From contig OZ336882.1 in assembly GCA_965287045.1 (NCBI GenBank), positions 72,912,001 through 72,976,000 of the forward strand: 64,000 nucleotides of DNA. The letters are read 5' to 3'. The notes under the pieces were generated by a model, which searched no databases, was not told the DNA's origin, and saw only the letters and a program-made list of their open reading frames with translations. This document shows positions 1-12,149 of this stretch, piece by piece. Made by a program: the position numbers and the translations under genes. The stretch comes from Carcharhinus amblyrhynchos (Eukaryota). The stretch's first letter is position 1; the number at the start of each line of letters is the position of its first letter.

Positions 1-520
1 AGATCTAAATAAGGAGAAGTTCAAGCTGTTAGATGCATTATCACACAATTAGTAAAATAAGGAATAGTGACAAAGATACTGACTTCGACTAGTTTGCCTA
101 TATGGCCTATTAAAAAAAATGACATAAGTTATAGGTTAACTGAGGATTACACATCTCCAAACAGATATGCAACATGGGCACACCCAATAGTTGCAAATCC
201 AGTTAAATAAAATAAATACAATCGGGACAGATCAAATAATTTTCACTGTACTAGATGTAGCCAGTGGCTTTTTGGTCTATTCCAATAGGAAAAGAACAAC
301 AGTACAAATTGGCTTTCACAGTGGGAAAGCAACAGTACACTGGATTTTGTTTATCTTTGGAAGACTTTGTTCATCAAGGATGCTTTTTAGAATTCTCTAA
401 GGTAGTCCAACCACCAAAATAGAATACCTTGACTTCAACCGCCGAGTTGTTCCTGCTATTCAAAATGACCATGGATGATATTTTGTCTAAGTTCCATCTA
501 CCTGAATGCGAATTGAAATA
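1..520 (+). mobile_element. Decayed retroviral/LTR-element reverse transcriptase fragment (class III/spuma-like motifs)
   Basis: Hand translation across frames with stops and frameshifts: ...LPIWPIKKNDISYRLTEDY...HPIVANP and FTVLDVASGF/xSIPIGKEQQYKLAFTVGKQQYT, matching the RT motifs PIWPVKK..RLTIDY and LDxAxGFWSIP..AFT..QYT. Confidence 0.7.
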
Positions 521-1145
521 ATAAAGAGGAAAGACTTGCGAGGAAATGGAGGCGCACGTTGTGGTACGTTATTTACTTTGGGACCAGTGTTGCCTGTTAT
601 ACATTGCGTTCACACTCACCTTCCTTAGAATGCTGTGGCAGTTTCCCTTTACTCCCACAGAGCAGGAACAAACTGTCTCACTTTTCTAAAGCCCTTCATC
701 CTGAAGAAACATCTCTCCCCATTCCCCGCCTGGCCCACAAAATTTAGATGTCATATCTTCCAATGCTGGTGTTCACTTGAATATGACAATACGTGTAACC
801 TGCACATCACCTTTTATATCCTGTTCACTAGTCTTCCTGCCTAAAGTAATCCCATCCGGTCATATACGGACACCTGAATTACATTTGTCGCCCTTATCCG
901 TTTGCATTGTCCAAAGTAGAGCACTTTTATCTAATAAATGCACCTGCATTCTGGAACATGATGCCTATAGTCGCAGATGGTTAAATTTAAACTCGATAAA
1001 ACATCCTGACTTGAAGTATAATAAAATGTATGAAACACTTGACATTCAACGCATTTATTTCACTAACGTCCATTCGCAGAAAATCTCTAGAGCAACGTGT
1101 CTGACTCTTAATTGTCCCCCCCTCCCCTCCCCCGCTAGTGATTAT

Positions 1146-1236
1146 CTGGCAAGCCACTCAAGAGCAATTGGGGACAGGTAATAATCCTGGTCCAGCCAGC
1201 ACGGACCACGCCGAAGGAATGAATAATGAAAAAAGT
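1146..1236 (+). mobile_element. 3' tail fragment of SacSINE1-like SINE or its partner LINE
   Basis: ggcaagccactca...gcaattggggacaggtaataatcctggtccagccagc...gaatgaataatgaaaaaa resembles the shark SINE/LINE tail as I recall it. Confidence 0.45.
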
Positions 1237-1820
1237 AATGCAGTTAACTTCTCCCGTCAACATCAGCTCCCAAGCCTCCTACGCCCTCCCGCTTCCCACC
1301 TAACGCAGCACCGTTTCACCATTCCTGGGCGACAGACTTTTGCTGTCTGAGTCGTTGTCTTGGACATCCGCATCGGCCAGATCCATTCCTGTATGCTGCC
1401 TTTCCTATTATGCTCGATGCCATTCTTATTGTTTTCCAAACAATTTATTAACTATTTTCTTAATTAAAGTTTTTTCAATGTTCCCAATCTTTTTGTGCAC
1501 GTGTTCTTTGCATTTCGAGCAATGTTACACCTATCCCGAATGCAACTCTTAATATAAACGTGGAAAATAGTCATTTACTTCTCACCATCGGCTCCCATGT
1601 GCTGTTGCGCTTAAATTGTCTTTCCAAAGGTGCGCTCTGAACCCTGATTTTGGCTACTGTCTTTAATATCCCAGGGCATTCTTACTCTCGCCAACCATCC
1701 CCGGTATGAACTCTCGCTCTCTCCAGTGCTCTGTTGCGCCCACTCCTTCCAACCTCTCTTCCAGGGTCAGAAAAATATCATAGATCCTTCAATCAATATG
1801 GGAACTGCATTGCCCAAGGT

Positions 1821-2124
1821 AAAGATTTCTTATTAGTACCACACGTATGCTTACATTAACAGTCCTATAAATTTACTGTGAAAATTAACTAGTCAACATG
1901 GTGCGTTGCTTTTTCAGGTATAGCGAGGGACAATTTAGAATGGCCAATCCAACTAACCAGCTCGTTTTTCGGATTCTGAGAGGAATCCGAATTGCCCAGG
2001 GAAAACCCATACAGACACGGGAGAACTGCAGACGGCACAAAATCAGTAACCCAAGCCAGCAATCGAACGCGGGTCCCTGGAGCTGAGATGTAGCAGTGCT
2101 AATCATTGTGTTGCCGTGCCGCAC
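1821..2124 (-). mobile_element. tRNA-derived V-SINE (HE1-type head, alternative tail)
   Basis: Minus strand begins gtgcggcacggcaacacaatgattagcactgc...gttcgattgc (A/B boxes), has a V-domain, and ends ttaatgtaagc...tactaataag. Confidence 0.75.
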
Positions 2125-2267
2125 GTTTAACTTGGGAGCAATCTCTCTAAGGCCTACACAGTGGTAGCAAGTCTTTCTTCTCGGAGCAACTCAATTCCCT
2201 TGCGAGAAGAGTGCCTGTCACCTGCGTTCCTAATTGCTTGCTGTATGTTTAACTTATATGTAATCTG

Positions 2268-2726
2268 TGTGACAGAGGGTTTGATTTGCAAGTTGGCATG
2301 GGAATAGAGTATCGCTGTTATCGCTGACTCCGCATGTGATAATCACAGGAGACACAGAGCAGGTTAAAAAGATTTATTCAAGCGTATGTAGGGAAAGTTG
2401 GTTCTTCCAGCAGCTAATCCAAACGTTGCTGTTTACGAAGGATTTGCATGCTTATATAACATTCGTTGCCCGTTTATAAATGTTTAAATTTATATTTGAT
2501 CAAAATGAAACATATTTTATAATAGCCACGCATTTACACCTATACCTTCTGCAAAAGCTCCAATCTGATCTTGGTATTATTTCTGCTTCTTTCCCTTCTT
2601 GCTCTCTTGACTCCAGGACTTAGTTGACGCTGAAGGTGTCAGCTATTTCCGTCATTGCGAGGCGTTAGGCGCAATTGGAGATCTTGCTGACGGGTCTAAA
2701 TTGTAAGTATTTCGTTTGCTATTACA
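2268..2726 (-). mobile_element. Possible solo LTR
   Basis: TG...CA ends; minus-strand TATA-like box (~2455) followed by AATAAA (~2375); it abuts a CR1 relic. No clean TSD. Confidence 0.35.
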
Positions 2727-2984
2727 ATATCATCAATGCTCAATTTAGCAACAAAGGGATATGTTGATTCTTCGTAAGAAAGAGAACTGTAACACCTTTT
2801 TGATATTTTCTATTTATTTCTTCAACCTTACAACAGAACCTCACGAAAACCCTAACCTTTATTATTTCGTTCCCCTGAACTGCACACTCTGCTGCATGTT
2901 TGAATTATGGCACAAGGAATTAATGCCTCAGCCTGTGAAGGTGATGAATATGAAAAGTGCTGCCAAAAGTGTTGGATTGTCAAG

Positions 2985-3800
2985 AATTCATTGAGTGTTG
3001 CTGGATTCACACTCATTCATGCAGACAGTATTCCAGCACACGACTGACTTCTGTCGTGTAGATTCTGGCCAGTACTTTGGGGCGTCCGAAGATACATTGT
3101 CCGCCATTATATTCTTATAACCACAGTACTTACGTTACTTTTCTAGTTACATTTCTGTTCAATGTTAATTCACTCATATTGCTGTTTGAAATTCCGAATT
3201 TTGTAGCGCAATTGAATATCAATGTAAATCGGAAGATTCTGAACTGCTGGAGATGTCTGGTTTCTGTGATAGGTTTTCCTTGAATCTTATAAACACAATC
3301 CTCAACGTGACGAGATTCTATTCAGGTGGGCACAGACTGTTCCAGCATTTGAAGACTTATGAATTCTACTGAACGCTGTGCAATCATCAGCGTTCATCCT
3401 CACTTCTGACTTTGTATTATATCGAAGGGCATTGATGTTGCATCTGAGGAAGTTCTTTGCCATTGCTATCCTGCACTTGTGAACTCGCTCAGCGATGTTC
3501 AACTTTGAGATGATTCACTTTTAACAGCCACAGTCATCATATGGTATGCAAGAGTGTGAAGTATTCTGCTTGAGTCATATTATTTTCAATTTAATGTCAT
3601 GCTTGGTCAAATATTGCTATGCTGTGAACTCCCCTCACTTATTGGATTGAGGCATTTTGTCCATGTTTGGAGGAAGGCTGGAATGAGGTCAGGAGTTTGT
3701 AGAAACCAAACGCTGCATCTTTCAGCAGATTATTGCTGTGTACATGCTGATTAATATCACTTCCCTTGGTGATGGAAAGCAGAATGATGATGCGAACATC
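2985..3800 (-). mobile_element. Old non-LTR retrotransposon (CR1/L2 group) RT relic
   Basis: Same family as 12150-12850 (ttgagtgttgctgga...cactcat...agtattcc...tgacttc...gtagat), heavily decayed. Confidence 0.55.
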
Positions 3801-6209
3801 TTCCGCATTCGATCTGTCCTGTTTTATGCGGTAAACAAAATATCTGTACATTCTCTACGTTATCGAGCAGTTGTCAATGCTGTAGAATTACTGTATTAAA
3901 GCTGCGGTCTCAGTTTTTTTTTTCTCAAGCAAGGAAGTTTCCTACAAGAGCGGGAGTGTTGCTCTGACACATGGGCTTGGCAATACATTGCTCGCTGAGC
4001 GACTGTTTGACATCAGGCAGAGCGAATCCAGATAATCGAAGACTGAAATCTATGATGCTGGGAACGTTAAGAGAAAGCTAAGTTGAATAGTGTACTTCTT
4101 ACTGAAGGAGAGAAAAAAACTCGCCTTTTGCAAGACTATACTAGATAAGAGTATCTATGACGCGAGGGGAACAGTTGGAAATTCCTCAACCAGTTGGTTG
4201 GTTAATTGTCGACCAGATTCATGACTGGATGGGTACAATTTCATATAGAGGCACCAAAAGAAGGGCGTGGTGAGACTTCATAAAAATGTGCACACGCACA
4301 GACAAAGTGCCGAAAATTCAAAATGTGATGCGAGTGAGATGGCAGTGGACTTCCCAAAAATCCTGCGAAGAGTAGGAAGACCATACAAAGAAACGCTGTA
4401 CAGCAGATTAGTTTAACCACTCTACCCGAACTCTGACACAGCAGATTTACTGTCAGGGCTATCTTGTACATCTTTTCCGTTTGAAATATAACAAGAACCA
4501 TATTGCACACTCAACCCCGTAATAAAAGCGAATGTTTTACGTTTTCCGGAATGTATGAATACACATGAACTACAATTTTAGGGGCAGAATCTCTGTGCAG
4601 TACCAATTTTCATACACGAGCTATAGTACAAATTTTGCTGAATCTTACCAACCTTAAAATTTGCAGCCTAAATAATGAAGTTATTAAATAACAATCTGAA
4701 TGTTACCTTTGTCATTGTTACTATCTTCCTCAATTTAGTGCCTACACAATTTGTTACATGTCTAATTCATCTCTATTTATATCTCCCAGTCTTTTCATTC
4801 TATTTCTACACATTTCCTTAATCCTTTGTCTGCCCTCTACTTACATATTTGGTTAAGGAAATGAGATCCATAATCGGAAATGAAATTGAGCATTGTGCCT
4901 TTTTGATCAGGAAGATCAAATTGAGATTAAATACATTTTTTTGAGAATAAGTACCAATTCTGGAAGTACAATAGAAGAATACAGTGTGATACGAGGATAC
5001 CAGGACAGACAGTAAGCAGCACTGAGGGTAGATTGCGAGGTTGAAAATAGCCTACTGAGGTCAGTATCTCAATAAAGCAGTATGGGAACCTGCGGAGTGG
5101 CAAGTGGGAACAGGTGAGTATCTATTCTACTTTTTGATAATATAGTCATAATGCTTCCAACAATAATAAAAGTACAAATATAAATAATATTTGTTCTATA
5201 GACTCATAATCTAAAATAGAAAGGTATTAATATAATCAAAATTCATAGCAATAAAGGGAGGGATCAAAGTGCGTGGCTTGACAGGACAGCTTGACTACAT
5301 GGATGATCCTGCTGTACTATGTTGGAAACGACTGACACATCGAGTTTCCAAGATGAGCATACGTGAATGAAGTGTCTCCAGCTACAACTCCTGGTTGTCT
5401 ATATATCAAATCTAGGGCAGTGGCTGGAGTGACTAAAGAGTCCCAGTGAGGCTGAAATTTTATTAACCAGCACACCCCCCCCGGATAAGTCCGAGCAGTC
5501 AGAAATGGAATCAGCAAATTTGCGATGAGTGGCTAGTCAGGAGCGCCTTTGCACCACACCCCGTCTGCCCTGATGGGATATCATGTTCTATGAAACATAA
5601 CCCTGAGCCTCTAAATTAATAGCCCAGTAGTGAACCACGATACAACTGCCTCCCGTAAAGACAATGATACCATTTGAAAGTTTCAATTGCAGAGGCCAAT
5701 TGGTAAAAAGACATTTTGTTTTGCTTGTACATTCCATTGATGCTTAATCTTTGAATTTTATACAATATGGTCACAAATTTATGCAATAGAATGCAGAATG
5801 CATTGAGAAGAGATACCCGATTTTGAATGTGAATTATTAATAAACAAAGGAGAGTGAGAGACAGCAGAAAAATTACATGAGGTCTAAGAAGGATATTAAT
5901 GAACATCATCACTGATAGGAGAAAATGGTTCTTTGTTTTCATCTTCCAAATAACGTGGTCAGAATCTTCTGGTCTTTGTGTTTATTTTTATACGTTATCA
6001 GACTTTGACAAAACTCTGTCATCAACATTTGATAAAAAGAAAATAAGAATAATAGATGCTGGAAAATTCTGAAATATTGCCACAAAGGACCACATTTATG
6101 GATGCTCATCAAGATTATTGCACACTAGCCTAAGTTTTGCCCATTTATAGCAACCCTTTCTGCAATTTTGAGATAACTATATTCCATTGTGTAACATTGG
6201 CAACTGAGC

Positions 6210-6292
6210 TTGTTTATTCACTACTTGTAATTAATCTCTGTCTTAGCTAATTAGAAATTTTCTCAAGGGACGGATTCTTACTGCTATAAATA
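6210..6292 (+). promoter_or_regulatory. Putative proximal promoter of GPCR gene 1: forkhead site, TAATTAAT, CTAATTAG, O/E-like site, TATA box
   Basis: TGTTTAT (6211), GTAATTAATC (6227-6236), CTAATTAG (6247-6254), TCTCAAGGGA (6261-6270), TATAAATA (6285-6292) ~100 bp before the ATG; the module is conserved upstream of genes 2-4. Confidence 0.6.
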
Positions 6293-6385
6293 ATTGTACG
6301 ATTACTTCTCTCTGGTCAATATCAATTGAGATCTTATAATCCTGTTGTATAAGCTAGACTCCAGAGCTCTCAGTGTAAGTAACTC

Positions 6386-6482
6386 ATGGAAAGATGTCAA
6401 GTAACCGGACAAATTATCTTGAATGCATTGTATAAATTTGAAAAGATATATTATCCGCTCCTGGCTGCTGTTGGCGTTCCTG
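6386..6482 (+). CDS. GPR139-like GPCR gene 1, exon 1 (MERCQVTGQIILNALYKFEKIYYPLLAAVGVP+G)
   Basis: ATG 6386 with an in-frame stop upstream; IYYPLLAAVGVP is the start of TM1; donor G|gtgagt at 6482/6483, phase 1, matches the acceptor at 10348. Confidence 0.85.
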
Positions 6483-6631
6483 GTGAGTCACTGTACACAT
6501 CTATGATGTTAGCTATACGTAACCAATTTTACCCACTTTAATGCATTTCTGTTGTCCATTCAATAACCTTGTTTCGTGCATTTCACTTAGCTCTGTTCAT
6601 GCAGTAAGTATCTAGCTTTTGATGTAAGTTC

Positions 6632-6928
6632 AAGTTCATTTATTCGTTTCAGAAGTAGCTTACTTTAATAGTGCCGTTAATTTATTGTGAAATTCTCGTC
6701 ATTATCAGACTCCGGCCCCTGTTCAGGCGCTCTGATGGAGAATGTAGCATTCTCCATGAACCAAACCAGCATGTCTTTTAGACTATGGGAGGAAACAGGA
6801 GATCCCCAAGGAAACTCAGGCGTAAACCACGAGAATGTGCAGGTTCCCCACAGACATTGACCCAAACCAGGAATTAAATGGAGGACTTTGGCGTTGTGAG
6901 ACAGCAGTGCTGTGGCACGATGTGGCCC
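6632..6928 (-). mobile_element. tRNA-derived V-SINE, decayed
   Basis: Same family as 1821-2124 (head gggccacatcgtgccacagcactgctgtctcac, V-domain, aataaatgaactt tail). Confidence 0.65.
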
Positions 6929-7103
6929 ATTTTATTTCTTATCTGTTGCTGAGAATCTGCAGGTAAATTGCATCACAAAATTATTAGTAGCAAAATTAAT
7001 CATTGGAGTTGTTATTCAGAAGTTTAACCTTTAGCTCACGTCAAAGCTATCAGAGTTTTTAAGTCAGTGTTGTCCCAAAGGTCTTCTGCCAGTTTTAAAT
7101 AGG

Positions 7104-7277
7104 ACATAGAACTTCGGCCCACAAGTTGCGCTGATCCTATCCCCACCTATTAGGCCTATCTATAACCCTCAATCCCATTAAATTCCATGTACTCATCCAG
7201 AAGCCCCTTAAAAGACCCCAACGAGTTCACCTTCACCACCACCGATGGCAGCCGATTCCACTCACCCACCACCCTCT
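7104..7277 (-). mobile_element. 5'-truncated CR1/HER1-type LINE 3' end
   Basis: Reverse complement closely matches the insertion at 45994-46276 (gagtggaatcggctgcc...ggatgagtacatgg...gagggttatagatagg...gggccgaag). Confidence 0.75.
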
Positions 7278-7539
7278 AATCTTTGCTAATTGTTTCACAG
7301 GATTTGTTCATGTTAAATCCAAATTAGAATTTGGTGTGATAAAATCGGCAAACTTGCTGTTCCCCATCAAATTTCATTTTTATATGTCATGGATGATCAC
7401 TGCTTATTGCATTCTACATGTTGTTGTCAACCTACGAAAACTTAACGTGTCAAAAAAACATTAAAATTACAACTACTTGGGTATTTTTTAAAATATCTCC
7501 TTTGTGAGGGCAACAAACTGTGATTGGGATGTTGGGAAT

Positions 7540-10275
7540 GTTATGAAATCAGACGTGAATTAGATAAAGGAACATTTGTGATTCTGGGTGACTTCAATCT
7601 GCATATATTTCCGAAAGTGAAATCTGTCCCAGTGCAGAGAAGGATGAATTACTGGAGCGTAGATGGGATGGATTTGTGGGTCTATACTTTGGGCGGCACG
7701 GTAGCACAGTGGTTAGCACTGCTGCTTCACAGCTCCAGAGACCTGGGTTCTATTCCCGGCTCGGGTTACTGTCTGTGTGGAGTTTGCGCATTGTCCTCGT
7801 GTCTGCATTGGTTTCCTCCCACAGTCCAAAGACGTGCGGGTTAGGTTGATTGGCCATGCTATAATTGTCCCTTAATGTCCTGGGGTGTATAGGTTAGAGG
7901 GATTAGTGGGTAAATGTGAAAGGATATGGGGTAAGGCCTGGGTGGGATTGCAGTCGGTGCAGACTCGATGGGCTGAAGGGCCCCTTTCTGCACTGTAGGA
8001 TTCTATGATTCTAACAAGGGAACTGGATACTGTGTCATAAGAAAGAACATGTTGACAATCTAATTGCGAGATGGCCAAGGGGAATGTGTGACCATACTAT
8101 GATAGATGTTTTATCAAGGTGGATAGTGAGTGGTTGATTCTGAGACTTGGTTCTTGCACGTCAATAAAGGTAACTATGATGGTATGAGGGATGAGTTGAT
8201 TACAATGGAATAGAAAACAATGCTGAAAGAAAGGACGGTCAACAGTCAGTTGCAAGCATTCACGGATTGAATAAGTGAACTCCAAAGATGTTTATTCTTA
8301 TTTGGTGCAAGAGTGGAATGGAAACTATGGCCAATCAACGCTTTACAAGAGAAAGTGAGGATTGGGATCAGTTTAAAATTCAGCAAAGAAAGAAGGGTGA
8401 ATTGATGTATGACAGTGAGCATGTAGAGAACACAGGGAATTGACTGTAAATATATCTGTAGGTATGTGAAAGGAAAAAGACTGACGAAAACAAAAGCAGT
8501 ATGGACAAGTGGAATTCAGTACAAGAGCAAATAAATGGCTGAGGAAGTACATTTGTACTCTGTTTCTACGACAAAAAGGAGGGCATGAAAATCATACCCC
8601 AAGTACTGAGGAAAAAAATGTGTTACTGAGGAGCTTAAGCAAATCATTATTAATGAAGTCATTGTTTTAGGGAAATTAATGGGACTGAAGCTAGGCAAAT
8701 CGCCTGTACCTAATATTATTCATCACACAGTACTTCAGGAAGTGGCCCTGGAAACAGTAGATCAATTAGTGATCATGCTCCAAATTATTCTGGACTCTGG
8801 AATGTTTCCTACAGATTGGACGGTACCTAAAGTAAGTCTCTGATTCGAAAAGGTAGGTAGAGAGAAGGCAGAGGCCTATAGAGCAGTGAGCCTAACATCA
8901 ATATTGGGGTTGTTGTGAGAATGCAATATTCATGGTTTCATAGCAACACATTTGGAAACAGTGATATCAGCATTCAAAGTCAGCAGGGATTTACAAGTAA
9001 AAGCATGCCGGACAAATGGATTGGAATTACTTGAGGAAGTAACTGGAAGGGTTGACCAGGGTGAACCTGTGGATGTGCTTTACTTAGATATACAGAAGCA
9101 TTTTGATAAGGTGTAGCATTGCTATGTAAGGTGAAAGCACCTGTGATTGTGAGTAGTGTCTTGTGATCAATAGAAAGTTAGTTAGCAGATGGGAAGCAAA
9201 GGTTTGGAATTAAATGGTATTTTTCCAATTGGCAGGAAGTGACGAGGAAGGTACTGTAGTAACATGTGCTAGGATCACAACTGTTCAATCGCTATCTTAA
9301 TTATTTGGGCAATGGAACAACATGCATTAGCTTCAATTATACGGTTAGGTAGGAAGGTGAGCTTCAGGGATGTTTCAATATGACTTGGACAGGCTGAGTG
9401 AGTGAGCATATGCATGGCAGATAAAGTAACATATGGATAAATGTGAGTGTATCCACTTAAGCAGGAAAAAAAATCTAAGCAGTTTGCTAATTGAATTGGT
9501 GGAAATTGAGAAAAGTGGATAGCCTCTGGCGAGTTGCCCAGCGAGTTTCTCATTGACACTTTTTACCAACTCATTTATATTAGGGTGACCAGGACTTATC
9601 CTTGTATATGTGCATAGTGAACATTTTGGTGTCCTCGTGCATCAGTCGCTGAAGGGAAGTGTGCAAGTGCAGCAGACGGAAAAGTAGAGTAATAGTACAT
9701 TCCCATTCATAGTTAGGAGTTTTGGATACAGGATAAGAACGTTTTGCTACAATTGTGTGAGGCATTCCTGTGGCCAAACCTGAGCAAATTGTGCAGTTTT
9801 GGGTCCCTTTTTGAGGAAGGATGTGGTTGCATTCTTGGGAGCACAGCGAGTTTTTTTCGGCTGTTTCCTGTGATGTTATGTCTTTGATATGATGAGTGCC
9901 TAAATAGGTTCAGATTATGTTCACTTGAGTTTAGAAGAATGAAAGGGGATCTCTAAAATTCTAACAGGATGAGGCAGGGCATATTTATAAATGCTGTCGT
10001 TGATCAGGAGGATAAGGACTAAAGCACTTTGGAGTTTGAGGATAAGGAGTAAAACATTGGGACTGCAGTGAGCAGAAATTTCTTCTCCCAGCAGTTGGTG
10101 AACATGTGGAATTCAGCACCACGGAAAGCCATTTAGAACAAACACAGGTCGAATTTTGACATGACTTAGAAGAAGCTCTTGGAGCGAAACGGATGAACTG
10201 ATTTGGTGGGGAGGTGTGGAGTAGGCGAGATCAGGGTGTTAAATTTGACGATCGGACATGATCATAATGAATGCA
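7540..10275 (+). mobile_element. Old, long CR1 LINE filling most of the gene 1 intron
   Basis: Endonuclease motif ILGDFNLH (~7580), RT motif gaacctgtggatgtgctttacttagat..cagaagca.tttgataaggtg (~9060-9115), CR1 3' end near 10080-10270; many stops and indels. Confidence 0.75.
7691..8013 (+). mobile_element. HE1 SINE (tRNA-derived V-SINE of elasmobranchs)
   Basis: gggcggcacggtagcacagtggttagcactgctgc...gggttctattccc head, V-domain, and LINE-derived tail gatgggctgaagggcc...(gattctat)n; inserted inside the CR1. Confidence 0.9.
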
Positions 10276-10348
10276 GAAGCATGGTAGAACCCTACAATTA
10301 TACCTGTTCCCTACTGGTTGCATAAATTCATTTCCCTCTTCTCCACAG

Positions 10349-11271
10349 CGAATTTAGTAACGATTGTGATCTTCTCTCGGGGAAAGTGTGGTCTCTCCAA
10401 ATGCGTCACCCATTATTTGGTGGCCATGGCAGTTGCTGATCTACTGGTCGTTGTCATGGATCTGGTACTAAGACATATTCCAGTTGTCTATTGGCGCCAA
10501 TTTGTGTTTTTGTGGCAAGTTCCCTTGTGTAATATCCATGCCGTCTTCATTTACGCAGCAACAGATTGTTCTGTGTGGTTCACTGTGTCATTCACCTTTG
10601 ATCGATTTGTGGCTATTTGCTGCCAGAAGCTGAAAATCAAATACTGCACAGAGAAAACAGCAGCTATAATAATTGGAACACTGACAGTGCTCTTCAGTTT
10701 AAAGAATATTTTCTGGTACTTTCTCTACAGAAGTGAATATCTGCTTATCAATTACCCCTGGTTTTGTTTCATACCAAGTAGTTCATTATTCTCACAGGCA
10801 TGGATAACTATAGAATTCATTCATTATCTTATAAACCCTCTTCTTCCATTTGTTTTGGTTATATTATTCAATGCATTAACTGTCAGACATATCTTAGTGG
10901 GTAGCAGAGCCCGACAGAGGCTGCAGGGTCATGTCGAGGGAAACAGGCACCATGACCCAGAGATGGAGAGTCGAAGGAAGTCAATGACTGTGCTGTTTGT
11001 CATATCTGGTAATTTCATATTGTTATGGACAGTGTTTCTAATTTATTCTGTGTGGCGTCGGATGTGGTATTTAGGTTTTCGATCTTTACGGATGCATGAA
11101 TTTGTTAGAGAATTGGGCTTCATGCTTCAGCTGCTGAGCTGCTGTACAAATACCTACATTTATGCCATGACCCAGACTAAATTCAGAGTGAAGTTGTATT
11201 CTGCACTAACATGTGCCTTCACTCTAATTAATGCATTATTTAAACGAATCGCTGAAATAAAGGCTCCCTGA
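10349..11271 (+). CDS. GPR139-like GPCR gene 1, exon 2 (spliced product 339 aa, 7TM class A)
   Basis: Polypyrimidine tract + cag acceptor at 10348; reads A-NLVTIVI (N1.50), AMAVADL (D2.50), C3.25, FDRF, LLPF (P5.50), LW (6.48), NTYIY, KFR helix 8; open to TGA 11271. Confidence 0.9.
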
Positions 11272-12149
11272 TGGGGAATCCAGACATGACTCCTGTTCTC
11301 TTAATTTCACTTTGAACCTACTGCTTGAACACAAACATATGGATGAAAAATGTCTTCCAGTGCACCTGATACTTGTTATGCATCTTTTATCTTCACAGTT
11401 TTCCCATAACCCTTTACGTTATCGTTAATCAGTAATCTATCAAACCCTTCATTCAACTTACTCACTGACTGAGGTCCACAGGCCTTAGAGGTATCACAAC
11501 CGTGAAAGTAAAATATGTTCTGCTCAATTTAATCTCAACCGTGTACCCTCGTTCTTGAATCCGCAACAACAGGAAACGATTCACCTGCATGTACTCTGCC
11601 TATTCGTTTCAATATTTTGTAGAAAAGCTCAGCATTCTGTCGATTTGGAAAGCAATGAGTTGTGTGAAGAAGGAGATACATAGCGTCCTCTGCCGAGAGC
11701 CTTTGGTTCATAGCTGCAAAGGAAATTCGAATGTGATGGTGAATAAACCATGAGAGGGGCGATTATAATAAGGAATAGAATCAGAGGAAAGTGAAGTGGT
11801 TGGGAGAACTCATGATGAGCGTGGTGCAGGGAATTGACTGTGGAAATCAGAATGCTGTGAGACCAGTGTTGTCAGGACCACTGCCTCTCTTTGAGAAATG
11901 TGCAAATTTGCGTGCATCGAAAAAAAGTGAAGCCTGCCTTTAGGAGCGAGAGGAAGCGAATGGGGTGGGGTCCACATCAAAGTAGGTGGAGCCGAGTTGC
12001 TGATGAGCAAAATGTGGTGTGGAGGTCAGATATTGAATCTCACAGGAGATTTCGCATCGAAAGAATGCACGTTAGCAATGCTCAGAAGTCAATTCAAAAT
12101 CTCTTGTGAAAAATTCATTTAACAGTATGTGAGTGTCGGTGGTTAGGCC

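Noticed and set aside
540-1100. Zinc-knuckle-like LFLLCGSKG on the minus strand; 134-aa plus-strand ORF 777-1181
   Set aside because: Motif incomplete and no supporting homology recognised.
3950-5560. Possible ERV gag/env-end/PPT/LTR (aaagggagggat at ~5252)
   Set aside because: No diagnostic protein motif, TG..CA termini or TSD could be established by eye.
7691-7770. tRNA gene
   Set aside because: The A/B boxes belong to the tRNA-derived head of an HE1 SINE; no full cloverleaf.
10318-10348. ORF-track start (TTG) and N-terminus MHKFISLFST for gene 1
   Set aside because: This is the intron polypyrimidine tract and acceptor; the real N-terminus comes from exon 6386-6482.
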